DNA of 64,000 nucleotides from Candidatus Spongiisociaceae bacterium. GTDB taxonomy: Bacteria > Actinomycetota > Acidimicrobiia > Spongiisociales > Spongiisociaceae. Both the position numbers and the translations under genes were made by a program. The stretch is taken from NCBI GenBank assembly GCA_965219685.1, contig CBDCOH010000002.1, positions 1,568,001 to 1,632,000 on the forward strand, written 5' to 3'. The notes beneath the pieces were generated by a model, which saw nothing but the letters and a program-made list of their open reading frames with translations, was not told where the DNA came from and searched no databases. This document shows, in pieces, positions 29,530-38,446 of the stretch (within the stretch, counting starts at the first letter, position 1; every line of letters begins with the position of its first letter).

Positions 29530-30197
29530 GCATCCCGACCGACGAACTCTGCGCCCGCTACCGGCGCCTCTACGTGCCCGCCGTCTGCGACGCGCTCTAC
29601 TGGATGGGTCTACCCGAACAGGTGCTGCCCAGCTACCTGAGACCGCTGTTCCCTGAGAAACGCATCGCCGGCGTTGCCTACACGATTCGCGGCGAAGCCA
29701 TCCATCCCCACATCGGGCGGGATCCGGGTATCACGCGGATCACCTCGTACCTCGAGATGTTCAAGCAACTGCAGCCCGACAACGTGCTGGTCTCCGTCAA
29801 CCCCGACAGCCACGTGGGACACCTGGGTGAACTCACCGGCAACTCGGCCCAGCGCCACGGCTGCGTAGGGGTGATCCTCGACGGGAACCTGCGCGACATA
29901 GAAGGCCTCAGAGACATCGGCCTCCAGGTCTTCTACCGGGACCTCTCGCCCCTCAACGCCATCGGACGATGGGAGATGGTCGCCTCCCAGGTGCCGGTGA
30001 CGATCGGAGGCGTCACCATCAACCCCGGCGACGTGATACTGGCCGAATTCGACGGCATCCTGGTGGTCCCCGCCAGCGACGCGGAGCGCGTACTGATCCG
30101 GTCCGAGGAGATAGTGGGCGCGGAGAAACTGGTACGCAAGGAAATGCAGGCAGGCGAATCTCCGCTGTCGAGCCTCAACCGGCACGGGTACATATAG
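29526..30197 (+). CDS. RraA / HMG aldolase family protein
   Basis: AVCDAL, GEL, DGNLRD, PGDVILAEFDGILVVP. ATGA overlap. Confidence 0.88.
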   Translation: MSIPTDELCARYRRLYVPAVCDALYWMGLPEQVLPSYLRPLFPEKRIAGVAYTIRGEAIHPHIGRDPGITRITSYLEMFKQLQPDNVLVSVNPDSHVGHLGELTGNSAQRHGCVGVILDGNLRDIEGLRDIGLQVFYRDLSPLNAIGRWEMVASQVPVTIGGVTINPGDVILAEFDGILVVPASDAERVLIRSEEIVGAEKLVRKEMQAGESPLSSLNRHGYI

Positions 30198-30336
30198 TGA
30201 GTGGTGAGTGGTGAGTGGTGAGTGGTGAGTGGTGAGTGGTGAGTGGTGAGTGGTGAGTGGTGAGTGGTGAGTGGTGAGTGGTGAGTGGTGAGTGGTGAAT
30301 GGTGAATGGTGAATGGTGAATGGTGAGTGGTGAGTG
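30197..30336. repeat. Heptamer tandem repeat (GTGAGTG)14(GTGAATG)4(GTGAGTG)2
   Basis: 20 contiguous 7-mers counted directly, starting within the TAG stop of the RraA gene. Confidence 0.97.
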
Positions 30337-30415
30337 GTGGCAGCTTTTGCGGTATTTGTTTAGCGAGCTAGGACCGGGCAGGACGATCCTGGGTGTGGTA
30401 GCCGTTCACTGACTC

Positions 30416-30997
30416 CTAGCTCCGTCTGATCACGCCGCAGGCCACACGAGCACCGGTGTTGGCGTGCTCGCCCTCGCCGTAGCTGTCGGGCTTCTCGTTG
30501 ATGACCACAGAAGAGCCGTCGTCGTCGAACAGGGAGTGGTTCTCGCCGGTAGCCAGGGTGACGCCCTCCGTGAAGAAGTCGGCTCGAGCGGTTCCGTCGG
30601 ACGCGGCGTAGATGTTGGGCAGATCACCTCCGTGGGTTCCGGCGGTGTCGCCGCGCTTCCAGTTGGGGTGGACGAAACCGCTGCGCCTCTCACCAGGATC
30701 GAAGTGGTCTCCGGCTGCCGAGAAGTCCGGCGTGCAGGTTCCCACCGAGTGGATGTTGATTCCGTGCCCTCCCGGTGCCAGGCCCTCCACTTCAGCAGCC
30801 ACTAGGACGCCTTCGGGTCCCTGCGTCAAGGTTACGGTACCCACCCTCTCACCGGCAGCAGACATGAGTTCCGCCCGTGCCGTCGCCCCGACCTGAGGGC
30901 CGGAACCGCAAGCCATCAGTGAGAGAGCCAGGAGGGCGATGCCACCACCCTGAAGAGCCAGATGAAGTCGTCGCAACATCCTGCACATCCTTTCCAC
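30416..30997 (-). CDS. Cu/Zn superoxide dismutase-like lipoprotein (two Cu-ligand His replaced by Asn)
   Basis: LMAC lipobox; GLAPGGHGINIH, SAGDHFDP, HGGDLPN, VVINEKPD, GARVACG. Start uncertain. Confidence 0.88.
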   Translation of the reverse strand: MERMCRMLRRLHLALQGGGIALLALSLMACGSGPQVGATARAELMSAAGERVGTVTLTQGPEGVLVAAEVEGLAPGGHGINIHSVGTCTPDFSAAGDHFDPGERRSGFVHPNWKRGDTAGTHGGDLPNIYAASDGTARADFFTEGVTLATGENHSLFDDDGSSVVINEKPDSYGEGEHANTGARVACGVIRRS

Positions 30998-31262
30998 CCT
31001 TACGTCGCCTCTACCCGTAGAGGTGGCCTCCGGGATTATGCATCCGGCTGCAAAGAACCCGAACCACGCACTCTCGAGGCGTTCCTGCGCGGAATCCTAA
31101 TAATCGCGCTCGGCCCATGGCAACGACGAGACCATGCGATGTTCGACCAAGTGTGGGAGGCAGTGGTCGATCGTCGGTGTTCGGCAATCCAACTGGCAAG
31201 ATTGAGTGACGGCTCGCCGCGCCGCCATCCGGCCGGCCGTGCGACCTAAGACCGAGTGACAC

Positions 31263-31895
31263 CTATGACGTGGCACACAACCCGAGCGCCGCCACCAGGT
31301 CGGGAGCCGCCTGCACATCGCTCCCGAATCGTGACGCACCGGACTCCGTCGCGGCAACGCCCACGAACCCGCACTCCGCCTCGGCGGCCGCCTCGGCGTC
31401 CCAGGTGGAGTCACCGATCATCACTGCATCCGCCGGAGACACCCCGAGCAGCCGGCAAGCCTCGAGAATCTGATCGGGAGCCGGCTTGGGACGCAGGTCG
31501 GCGCGGCGCGGGACCAGCACGGGGATGTCGACTGCATGGCGCCGGAGGGCGGAACGGGCCGGTTTCCGCGACAGGAGGGTCACCACGGCCCTCGGCAAAT
31601 GCTCGGAACAGGCCATGGCCTCCGCAAGGCGAGGCATGGGATGCGAGAGGCGCACCGCCCGCAATTCGTGTGCAGTGATCAGGTCCGACACCTCGGCCCA
31701 GCGCCGATCCCCGCTCAGCGCCACCAGGATCGACATGCACAGCTGGGTCGGAGTGTCCCAGTCGGTTGCCGGAGTGGGTGGATCTCCCCAAGCGCCGACC
31801 AAGGCCTCGACATCCGCGAGAGCGGCCGCGTAGTCGGTGTAGGTCTGGACGTCCACCAGGGTTCTATCGAGGTCGAAGAGCACCGCTCCGGTCAT
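31263..31895 (-). CDS. HAD-family hydrolase
   Basis: VLFDLDRTLVD, KPAPD, MIGDSTWD. Confidence 0.9.
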   Translation of the reverse strand: MTGAVLFDLDRTLVDVQTYTDYAAALADVEALVGAWGDPPTPATDWDTPTQLCMSILVALSGDRRWAEVSDLITAHELRAVRLSHPMPRLAEAMACSEHLPRAVVTLLSRKPARSALRRHAVDIPVLVPRRADLRPKPAPDQILEACRLLGVSPADAVMIGDSTWDAEAAAEAECGFVGVAATESGASRFGSDVQAAPDLVAALGLCATS

Positions 31896-31950
31896 CGAAG
31901 CCGCCGCGGCGCCGCTTCGGGGTTCGGTCCGGCACAGCAGGTCGGGGAAC

Positions 31951-32346
31951 TCAACTCGGCGGGAACTTGACTATCCGCTTGGGTGTGATCTTGCAGATCA
32001 CCCGCTCCGACATGATGGGCCTCGGGTACTCATCCACAGCCAGGTACTTGTGGGACAGCGCATCGATGTGCGACCGCGCCACCGGCCCGGTGACGGTTTC
32101 GGTGACCTCGCCCCGCACCTCCACGTAGGACCAGGGATCGTCACAATGGACGATCAACACGGTGACTGTGGGATCGGCCATCATGTTCTTGAACTTGCGG
32201 CGATGCACCTCCGTGTTGATCAGGATGTGTTCGTCGTCGGCGTCCACCCACATCACATGCACCTGCAACGTTCCGTCCGGCATGATCGTCGCCAGGGATG
32301 CGAAGTTCGGACCGCTTGCCAGTTGCCGCGCCATCTCGTCGAGCAT
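31951..32346 (-). CDS. PPOX-class probable F420-dependent oxidoreductase
   Basis: FASLATIMPDG...MWVD, RKFKNMMADP, YVEVRG, LSHKY, ERV. Confidence 0.9.
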   Translation of the reverse strand: MLDEMARQLASGPNFASLATIMPDGTLQVHVMWVDADDEHILINTEVHRRKFKNMMADPTVTVLIVHCDDPWSYVEVRGEVTETVTGPVARSHIDALSHKYLAVDEYPRPIMSERVICKITPKRIVKFPPS

Positions 32347-32491
32347 TGTCACCTCCAGCAGGCTGAGTTCTCGGTGGTGATCATCCCCAACGGCTCATGC
32401 AGAGGCCGGGAGATCACCGGCTGATCCTTACCGCAAGCCCCTCCGAGAGCAAACCGGCCGATCACGAACGCCGGGTCCTAGAGTACGGCCG

Positions 32492-32902
32492 ATGGACCAT
32501 GATCAAGCCCGAACGTTCATAAGAGCAAACCACCGCGGGATCCTCCTCACCCACCGCACGGGCGGCGCCCCGCAGATGTCCCCGATCGTCGCCGGGGTCG
32601 ACGGCGACGGCTTCGTGGTGGTGTCGAGCAGGGAGACCGCGTACAAGGTCAGGAACCTACGCCGGGAGCCACGCGCTTCGCTGTGCATGTTCACCGACGG
32701 CTTCTACGGTGAGTGGTTGCAGGTCGACGGCGTCGCGGATGTGCTGAGCCTTCCTGAAGCCATGGAACCGCTCGTCGACTACTACCGGGACCTCTCGGGA
32801 GAGCATCCCGACTGGGACGACTACCGGACCGCTATGCGCAGGGAGCGCAGGGTCCTCATACGGATCACCATCGAGCGCGCAGGTCCGACCCGGTTCGGAT
32901 AG
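32492..32902 (+). CDS. PPOX-class probable F420-dependent oxidoreductase
   Basis: PQMSP, KVRNLRREPR, GEHPDWDDYRTAM...RV. Confidence 0.9.
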   Translation: MDHDQARTFIRANHRGILLTHRTGGAPQMSPIVAGVDGDGFVVVSSRETAYKVRNLRREPRASLCMFTDGFYGEWLQVDGVADVLSLPEAMEPLVDYYRDLSGEHPDWDDYRTAMRRERRVLIRITIERAGPTRFG

Positions 32903-32951
32903 ACTCGCCGACCGGTCCGGTCCCCGCTCCACCGGATGCCGGCAACGGAGG

Positions 32952-33830
32952 TCAGAGACCCTTCGGATCCCGGATCAGGTTGTAGATGGCGGTCCAGTCC
33001 TTGCGGCCCATTCCATGGTCCTGGGCGGACTCGTAGAAGGGGATCGCCGCTATCCCCATCGAACTGGAGGAACCCGACTCGGCGCTCATGCGCAGGGCCA
33101 AACCCAGGTCCTTGCGGGCCAGGTCCACCATGAATCCCGGTTCCAGGTCGTCGGCCAGTACCTTGGCCGGGTACGTCGTGGCCAGATGCCCGCGTCCGGC
33201 CGTGGTGCCCATCAGCACGTCGATGGCGATGTCGCGGTCCACGCCGGCGCCCTCCGCCAATGCCAGCGCCTCGGCGACCACCACGTTGGAGACAATGGAC
33301 AGATAGTTGTTTACGAGCTTGGTCCTTATCCCCGCGCCTGCCGGACCACAGTGGACGATGGTGTCCCCCATGCACTCCAGGACCGGCCCTGCCCGGGCCA
33401 CGTCCTCGGTGTCACCGCCAACCATGATCAGCAGGGTCCCTTCCTCGGCCTCCCGGGACGTGCGACCGACGGGCGCGTCGATCATCCTGCGGCCCTCCGA
33501 CTCCAGGCGCCGAGCCGTCGTGTCGAAGTGAGCGGGCAGGCCGGTGCTCATGTCTATCAGGAGGGAGTCCCGACCGAGGCTCCCGGCGATCCCGTCCACC
33601 CCGAAGACCGCCTCCGCAACATGGTCACCGGTGGGGAGCATCGTGATGACGAAGTCGGCCCCGAGGGCCGCATCCCCGGCGGACCGTGCCTGAGCGGCCC
33701 CGTCCTGCCCTATCGCCTCGAGGGCCCCAGAGTCAACGTCGAAAGCCCGCACACGGTGACCGCCCCCGATCAGGTTCCGGGCCATGGGCATTCCCATCAC
33801 TCCGACGCCGATGAAACCGACCTTGCTCAT
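32952..33830 (-). CDS. yihU: Beta-hydroxyacid dehydrogenase, sulfolactaldehyde 3-reductase (YihU)-like
   Basis: FIGVGVMG, DAPVGRTS, KLVNNYLSI, GTTAGRGH...PAKVL, FMVDLARKDLG, GRKDW. All resemble E. coli YihU as I recall it. Confidence 0.75.
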   Translation of the reverse strand: MSKVGFIGVGVMGMPMARNLIGGGHRVRAFDVDSGALEAIGQDGAAQARSAGDAALGADFVITMLPTGDHVAEAVFGVDGIAGSLGRDSLLIDMSTGLPAHFDTTARRLESEGRRMIDAPVGRTSREAEEGTLLIMVGGDTEDVARAGPVLECMGDTIVHCGPAGAGIRTKLVNNYLSIVSNVVVAEALALAEGAGVDRDIAIDVLMGTTAGRGHLATTYPAKVLADDLEPGFMVDLARKDLGLALRMSAESGSSSSMGIAAIPFYESAQDHGMGRKDWTAIYNLIRDPKGL

Positions 33831-33941
33831 CCCGATCCCTTCCTGTGGAGTGTCCGAATGACGATCGCCCGCCCAGCCGGGTAGGCGGCCGACGCATCCG
33901 GCTGGCATGAGGCGGTCTGTCCGGTGTAGTTTCATCGGTCG

Positions 33942-34865
33942 ATGATCGAATCGCCAGACCACGAGCAGGTGATGATCCCCGGTGGGGAATTCGTCATGGG
34001 TTCCGACCGCCACTACCCGGAAGAACGCCCGGCCCGGACCGTTCGCGTCGACTCGTTCCGGATCGATGCCCACCCGGTGACCAACCGGCGCTTCCGGCGG
34101 TTCGTAGCCGACACGGGCTACACGACCATCGCGGAGCGACCCCTCGATGCTGCCCTGTACGCAGGGGCGCGGCCCCAGGACCTGGTGCCGGGCTCCCTGG
34201 TGTTCGTGCCGAGCGGTGGCCCGGTGGACCTGGGCGACTTCCGCAACTGGTGGGCATGGGTACCGGGAACCAACTGGCGCCGGCCCTTAGGCCCGAGGTC
34301 GACGCTGGACGGTCTGGAGGATCACCCGGTCGTGCATGTCGCCTACCCCGATGCGGCCGCTTACACCCGCTGGGCGGGCATGCACCTGCCTACGGAGGCG
34401 GAGTGGGAGTACGCGGCCCGGGGCGGGCTGGACGGCGCCGAGTTCGAGTGGGGCGACGAGGATGTCCAGGAGACCGCGCCTCGAGCCAACACCTGGCAGG
34501 GACGCTTCCCGTACGAGAACACCGAACTCGACGGTTGGACCCGGACCAGCCCCGTCGGTCACTACGAGCCCAACGGCTACGGCCTCCACGACATGGCGGG
34601 CAACGTCTGGGAATGGACCTCCACCCGCTACCGCGAACCTCCATCGCACGACGTGGACAAACGCTGCTGCGGCCCTCCCAAGCCCCGCGCCGCGAGCCCC
34701 GAGGGCCGGTCGGGACCCCTGCCGTCCCGGACCATCAAGGGCGGATCGCACCTGTGCACCATCCAGTACTGCTTCCGCTACCGGCCGGCGGCCCGCCAAC
34801 CCCAGACGATCGACACCTCCACCAGCCACCTCGGTTTCCGCTGCGTCGCCCGGGACCGTCCATGA
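33942..34865 (+). CDS. Formylglycine-generating enzyme (SUMF1/FGE family)
   Basis: FVMGSD...PEE, LPTEAEWEYAARGG, DMAGNVWEW, KGGSHLCTIQYCFRYRPAAR (both catalytic Cys), HLGFRC. Confidence 0.93.
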   Translation: MIESPDHEQVMIPGGEFVMGSDRHYPEERPARTVRVDSFRIDAHPVTNRRFRRFVADTGYTTIAERPLDAALYAGARPQDLVPGSLVFVPSGGPVDLGDFRNWWAWVPGTNWRRPLGPRSTLDGLEDHPVVHVAYPDAAAYTRWAGMHLPTEAEWEYAARGGLDGAEFEWGDEDVQETAPRANTWQGRFPYENTELDGWTRTSPVGHYEPNGYGLHDMAGNVWEWTSTRYREPPSHDVDKRCCGPPKPRAASPEGRSGPLPSRTIKGGSHLCTIQYCFRYRPAARQPQTIDTSTSHLGFRCVARDRP

Positions 34866-34914
34866 TGCCCGCCGCGCAGGAGCGTAGACGTCAGACCTCT
34901 ACACTCCAGGCCTC

Positions 34915-36546
34915 ATGAGACTGTTCGACACCGATCTGCTCGGGTTCGGAAGCTACGAGGCGCTGGTCGGGGGCTTCGAGTGGGACGTCCCGGAGCGTAT
35001 GAACATCGCCTCGGAGGTCTTCGACCGCTGGAGCCGGGACCGCCGCCGGATCGCCCTGTTCGTGGAGAGACCGGACGGCCGCCGCGACGTGTGGTCCTAC
35101 TGGGAGTTGATCCGCCTCGCCAAGCGGTATGCCAACTTCCTCGTGTCGCTGGGCGTGGAACGGGGCGACCGGGTCTCGCTGGTCATGCCGCAGGGGGCGG
35201 AGGTTGCAGCCCTACATCTGGCTGTCTACGCGGTCGGCGCCACGGTGCTGCCGATGTCCAGCCTGTACGGCCCCGACTCCTACCGCCACATCCTGTCGGA
35301 CTCGGGCACCGGAACGATCGTCGTCGCAGAGGACTACGCCGACCGCATCCGCATGGTCAGGGACGATCTTCCCGATCTCCGGACGGTGGTGATCCACGGC
35401 GAGCCCGCCGAGGGTGAGCGAGCCCTGGCCGAAGCGGGACGCTTCCCGGCCGGCTTCGATCCCGTCGCCACCTCTTGCATGGACCCGGCCATGCTGCTCT
35501 ACACCTCGGGTAGCACCGGCCATCCGAAGGGTGCCCTTCACGGGCATCGCATCATCGAGGGCTACCTGCTGACCTTCAAGCTCTTCTTCAATGTCGAGTT
35601 CGACGAGTCGACCGTCTTCTACACCCCCTCCGACTGGGCGTGGGTGGGAGGTTTGCTCGACATACTCCTGCCGGCTCTCGTTTTCGGCCATCCGGTGGTC
35701 GCCGACCAGAAGCGATTCTCGGCCGAACGGGCCTTCGAGGTGATCGGCCGCAACGGCGTCACCCACGCCTTCCTGACCCCCACCGCCCTCAAGATGATGG
35801 CCCAGGTGGCCGACCCGGCGTCGCGATTCGACCTCGACCTTCGGGTCATCGCCAGCGGGGGCGAATCGGTGGCCGACGAACTCCACAAGTGGAGCGAGCG
35901 CGACCTCGGGGCGGTGATCAACGAGTTCTACGGACTCACCGAGGTGAACCACCTCGTGGGAGGCTGCGAAGCCCTGTGGCCGGGGATTCCGGGATGGATG
36001 GGTCTCCCCTACCCCGGCAGGACCGTAGCGGTGCTGGACGAAGGCGGGAACCCGATCGAGCCCGGAGGGATCGGCGAGATCGCGGTCCGGCCGGGTGATC
36101 CCACCCAGATGATCGAGTACTGGCGCAACCCGGTGGCTACGGAAGGGCAGTTCCGTGACGGCTGGATCATGACCGGCGACCAGGGCACCGTCGACGCACG
36201 GGGCTACATACGGTTCCTCGGGCGCGACGACGACATGATCTCCAGTGCCGGCTACCGGATCGGCCCGGCCGAGGTGGAGGAGTCGCTGGTGCGACATCCG
36301 CAGGTGGCGGAGGTGGCGGTCATACCCTCCCCCGACCCGATCCGGGGCCAGGTGGTGAAGGCGGTGGTAGTCCTTGCCGACGGGCACACCGGCTGCGACG
36401 GCCTGACCACCGAGTTGCAGGCACAGGTCAAGACTCAACTCGCCGCCTACAAGTATCCCCGGATCGTCGAGTACGTGGACAGCTTGCCGAAGACCACTAC
36501 CGGAAAGCTCAACCGGAAGCTGCTTGCCTCCCTCGAGCGGGGCTGA
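34915..36546 (+). CDS. Acyl-CoA synthetase / AMP-binding protein
   Basis: YTSGSTGHPKG, YGLTE, TGD, GRDDD...GYRIGPAEVE, LPKTTTGK. Confidence 0.94.
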   Translation: MRLFDTDLLGFGSYEALVGGFEWDVPERMNIASEVFDRWSRDRRRIALFVERPDGRRDVWSYWELIRLAKRYANFLVSLGVERGDRVSLVMPQGAEVAALHLAVYAVGATVLPMSSLYGPDSYRHILSDSGTGTIVVAEDYADRIRMVRDDLPDLRTVVIHGEPAEGERALAEAGRFPAGFDPVATSCMDPAMLLYTSGSTGHPKGALHGHRIIEGYLLTFKLFFNVEFDESTVFYTPSDWAWVGGLLDILLPALVFGHPVVADQKRFSAERAFEVIGRNGVTHAFLTPTALKMMAQVADPASRFDLDLRVIASGGESVADELHKWSERDLGAVINEFYGLTEVNHLVGGCEALWPGIPGWMGLPYPGRTVAVLDEGGNPIEPGGIGEIAVRPGDPTQMIEYWRNPVATEGQFRDGWIMTGDQGTVDARGYIRFLGRDDDMISSAGYRIGPAEVEESLVRHPQVAEVAVIPSPDPIRGQVVKAVVVLADGHTGCDGLTTELQAQVKTQLAAYKYPRIVEYVDSLPKTTTGKLNRKLLASLERG

Positions 36547-37600
36547 GAGCACCCACTCCAGCCGCGGCCCCGATCGTCTCCGCCACCTCGGCCGCCTCCT
36601 GGCCCACCGTGTACAAGTCCCTGGCCCGCACCGCATCGCCGATGACGTACACGTCCGCGCGGAGCCCGGACCTGTGCAACCCTTCTGCCAACCCGTTGTC
36701 GGCCACGCGCCCTCCCGCAACCACCGCCCGACCTCGAGGCAGTCCTCCTCGCCCCTGGTCTGGATCGCCAGCCGGTGGTTGACGATCCTCTCCGCGGTGG
36801 TCTCCCGGTAGATGTGAACTCCCTCGTCAGCCTCCAACTCCATCTCTACCAGCAGCAGTCCGTTGAACTCGCCGTCGCCGGCAAGCGAAGCACTCGCCTC
36901 CACGAGGTGGACCACGGCTCCCGCACGTCGCAGGTGCCGGACCACCGTGCAGGCGGCGAAGTCTCCACCCAGGATGGCGACCTCGGATTCCCACCGATCG
37001 GGAGGGCGGTCCAGGGCTGACAGGACATCGAACACCGGAACCGTGAGATCCTCCCCGTCCGCCCGCATGTGGCCGCCGCGGGCGCCCGTGGCGACGATCA
37101 CCGCGTCCGGATCCAGCTCACGCACATCCTCCACGCCCACGGGACACGACAGCTCCACCCGCACCCCCAGCCTTCCGAGCCCCACCTCCAGCCACTCGAC
37201 CAGGGTCCCGTACTCCGGCAGGGCCTTGCGCAGGTGGTGGAGCTGGCCGCCCAGCCGGGCGGTCGCCTCGCGCAGCACAACCTCGTGGCCCTGCAGACCG
37301 AGGAAACGGGCCGCGTGCATACCGGCCACGCCGCCACCGGCGACGAGGATTCGCTTCGACGTCGAGGCTCTGGCGGAGTCGGTGCTCGACATCTCGAAGG
37401 TGGTGGTGGGGTTGGCCGCGCAACCGGCAGGCGTCCGGGCCACGGTCAGATTGACGCAGGTGTTGCAGCCGATGCACGGCAGGATCTCGCCGGGCCGTCC
37501 CCGCTCCAGCTTCCGCACGTAGTCGGGGTCGGAGTGGAAGGCCCGGGCCAGGGTGACGTACTCGAAACCTCCCTCGCCATAACCGCGTCGGCGAACAGCG
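36509..37600 (-). pseudogene. Fragment of an NADH:flavin oxidoreductase (OYE / 2,4-dienoyl-CoA reductase type)
   Basis: LARAFHSDPD...PCIGCNTC...GCAANP, VAGGGVAG, LGGQ, ATGA, VIGDA. Most of the N-terminal TIM barrel is absent. Frameshifts near 37578 and 36728. Confidence 0.8.
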
Positions 37601-37705
37601 TCTTATGGCACATAATGGAGTACGGTCCTCCTGTCAGATCCCCTTGGAACCACTCGTCCATAGAGCCGCGGGGGCGGGGCCGGGTTGGGACGGCGGAGGG
37701 ATAAG

Positions 37706-38446
37706 ATGGCTCCCGTGGAACCCATGAGAGTCGGCTCCGGGAGGGTGTCGAGGCTGGCAACGCTCCTTATCGTGCTCGGCCTGCTCGCTGCCGGATGTGG
37801 TGACCGGGCCTCCGAGCCGGCCGGAACCTCCGAAGCCCCCTCGACCACTTCAGCCACTGCGACCACTACCCGCACGGAGACCACTACCGCAGCGCCCGCA
37901 AGCACCGCAGCCGCCCCGACGACCACCGTCGCGACCGTCCCGACCCCCACCACGATGGCGCCGGTCCCGCCCACCACCATTGCCGCTCCCCCGGTGCTGC
38001 GCGAGGACACTCCCCCGCTGGTGGACATCGACGGCTGGCTGGCCTCGGACGTGACTTCGCTGGAGGAGTTGCGCGGCATGGTGGTGGTGGTCGAGTTCTG
38101 GACCTTCGGTTGTTATAACTGCAAGAACCGTATCCCATACACCCAGGACCTCTACGCCGCATACAAGGATCGGGGACTGGAGATAGTCGGCATCCACTCC
38201 CCCGAGTTCGGCTACGAACGCGAGGTGGCCAACATCGAGCAGGCAATGGTGGACCTCGGCGTCACATGGCCGGTCGTGCTCGACACCGACCGCCGGACCT
38301 TCCGTGAGTGGCAGGGACGTCCCGCCTACTGGCCCCGGACCTACGTCCTCGACCGCCAGGGCCGCATCCGCTTCGACCACATCGGCGAAGGCGCCTACGA
38401 CGAACTGTTCGAGGTGGTCGACTACCTGCTGACCGAAAGCGTGTGA
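37706..38446 (+). CDS. TlpA/redoxin-domain lipoprotein
   Basis: AAGC lipobox, Thr-rich linker, EFWTFGCYNC, GIHSPEF, YWP, GEGAY. Confidence 0.9.
   Translation: MAPVEPMRVGSGRVSRLATLLIVLGLLAAGCGDRASEPAGTSEAPSTTSATATTTRTETTTAAPASTAAAPTTTVATVPTPTTMAPVPPTTIAAPPVLREDTPPLVDIDGWLASDVTSLEELRGMVVVVEFWTFGCYNCKNRIPYTQDLYAAYKDRGLEIVGIHSPEFGYEREVANIEQAMVDLGVTWPVVLDTDRRTFREWQGRPAYWPRTYVLDRQGRIRFDHIGEGAYDELFEVVDYLLTESV

Noticed and set aside
30197-30336. Possible CRISPR array
   Set aside because: Contiguous 7-mers with no spacers, and no cas genes in the window
35212-37518. 768-aa minus-strand ORF as one protein
   Set aside because: Only the first part is the flavoenzyme fragment; the rest is frameshift read-through antisense to the acyl-CoA synthetase
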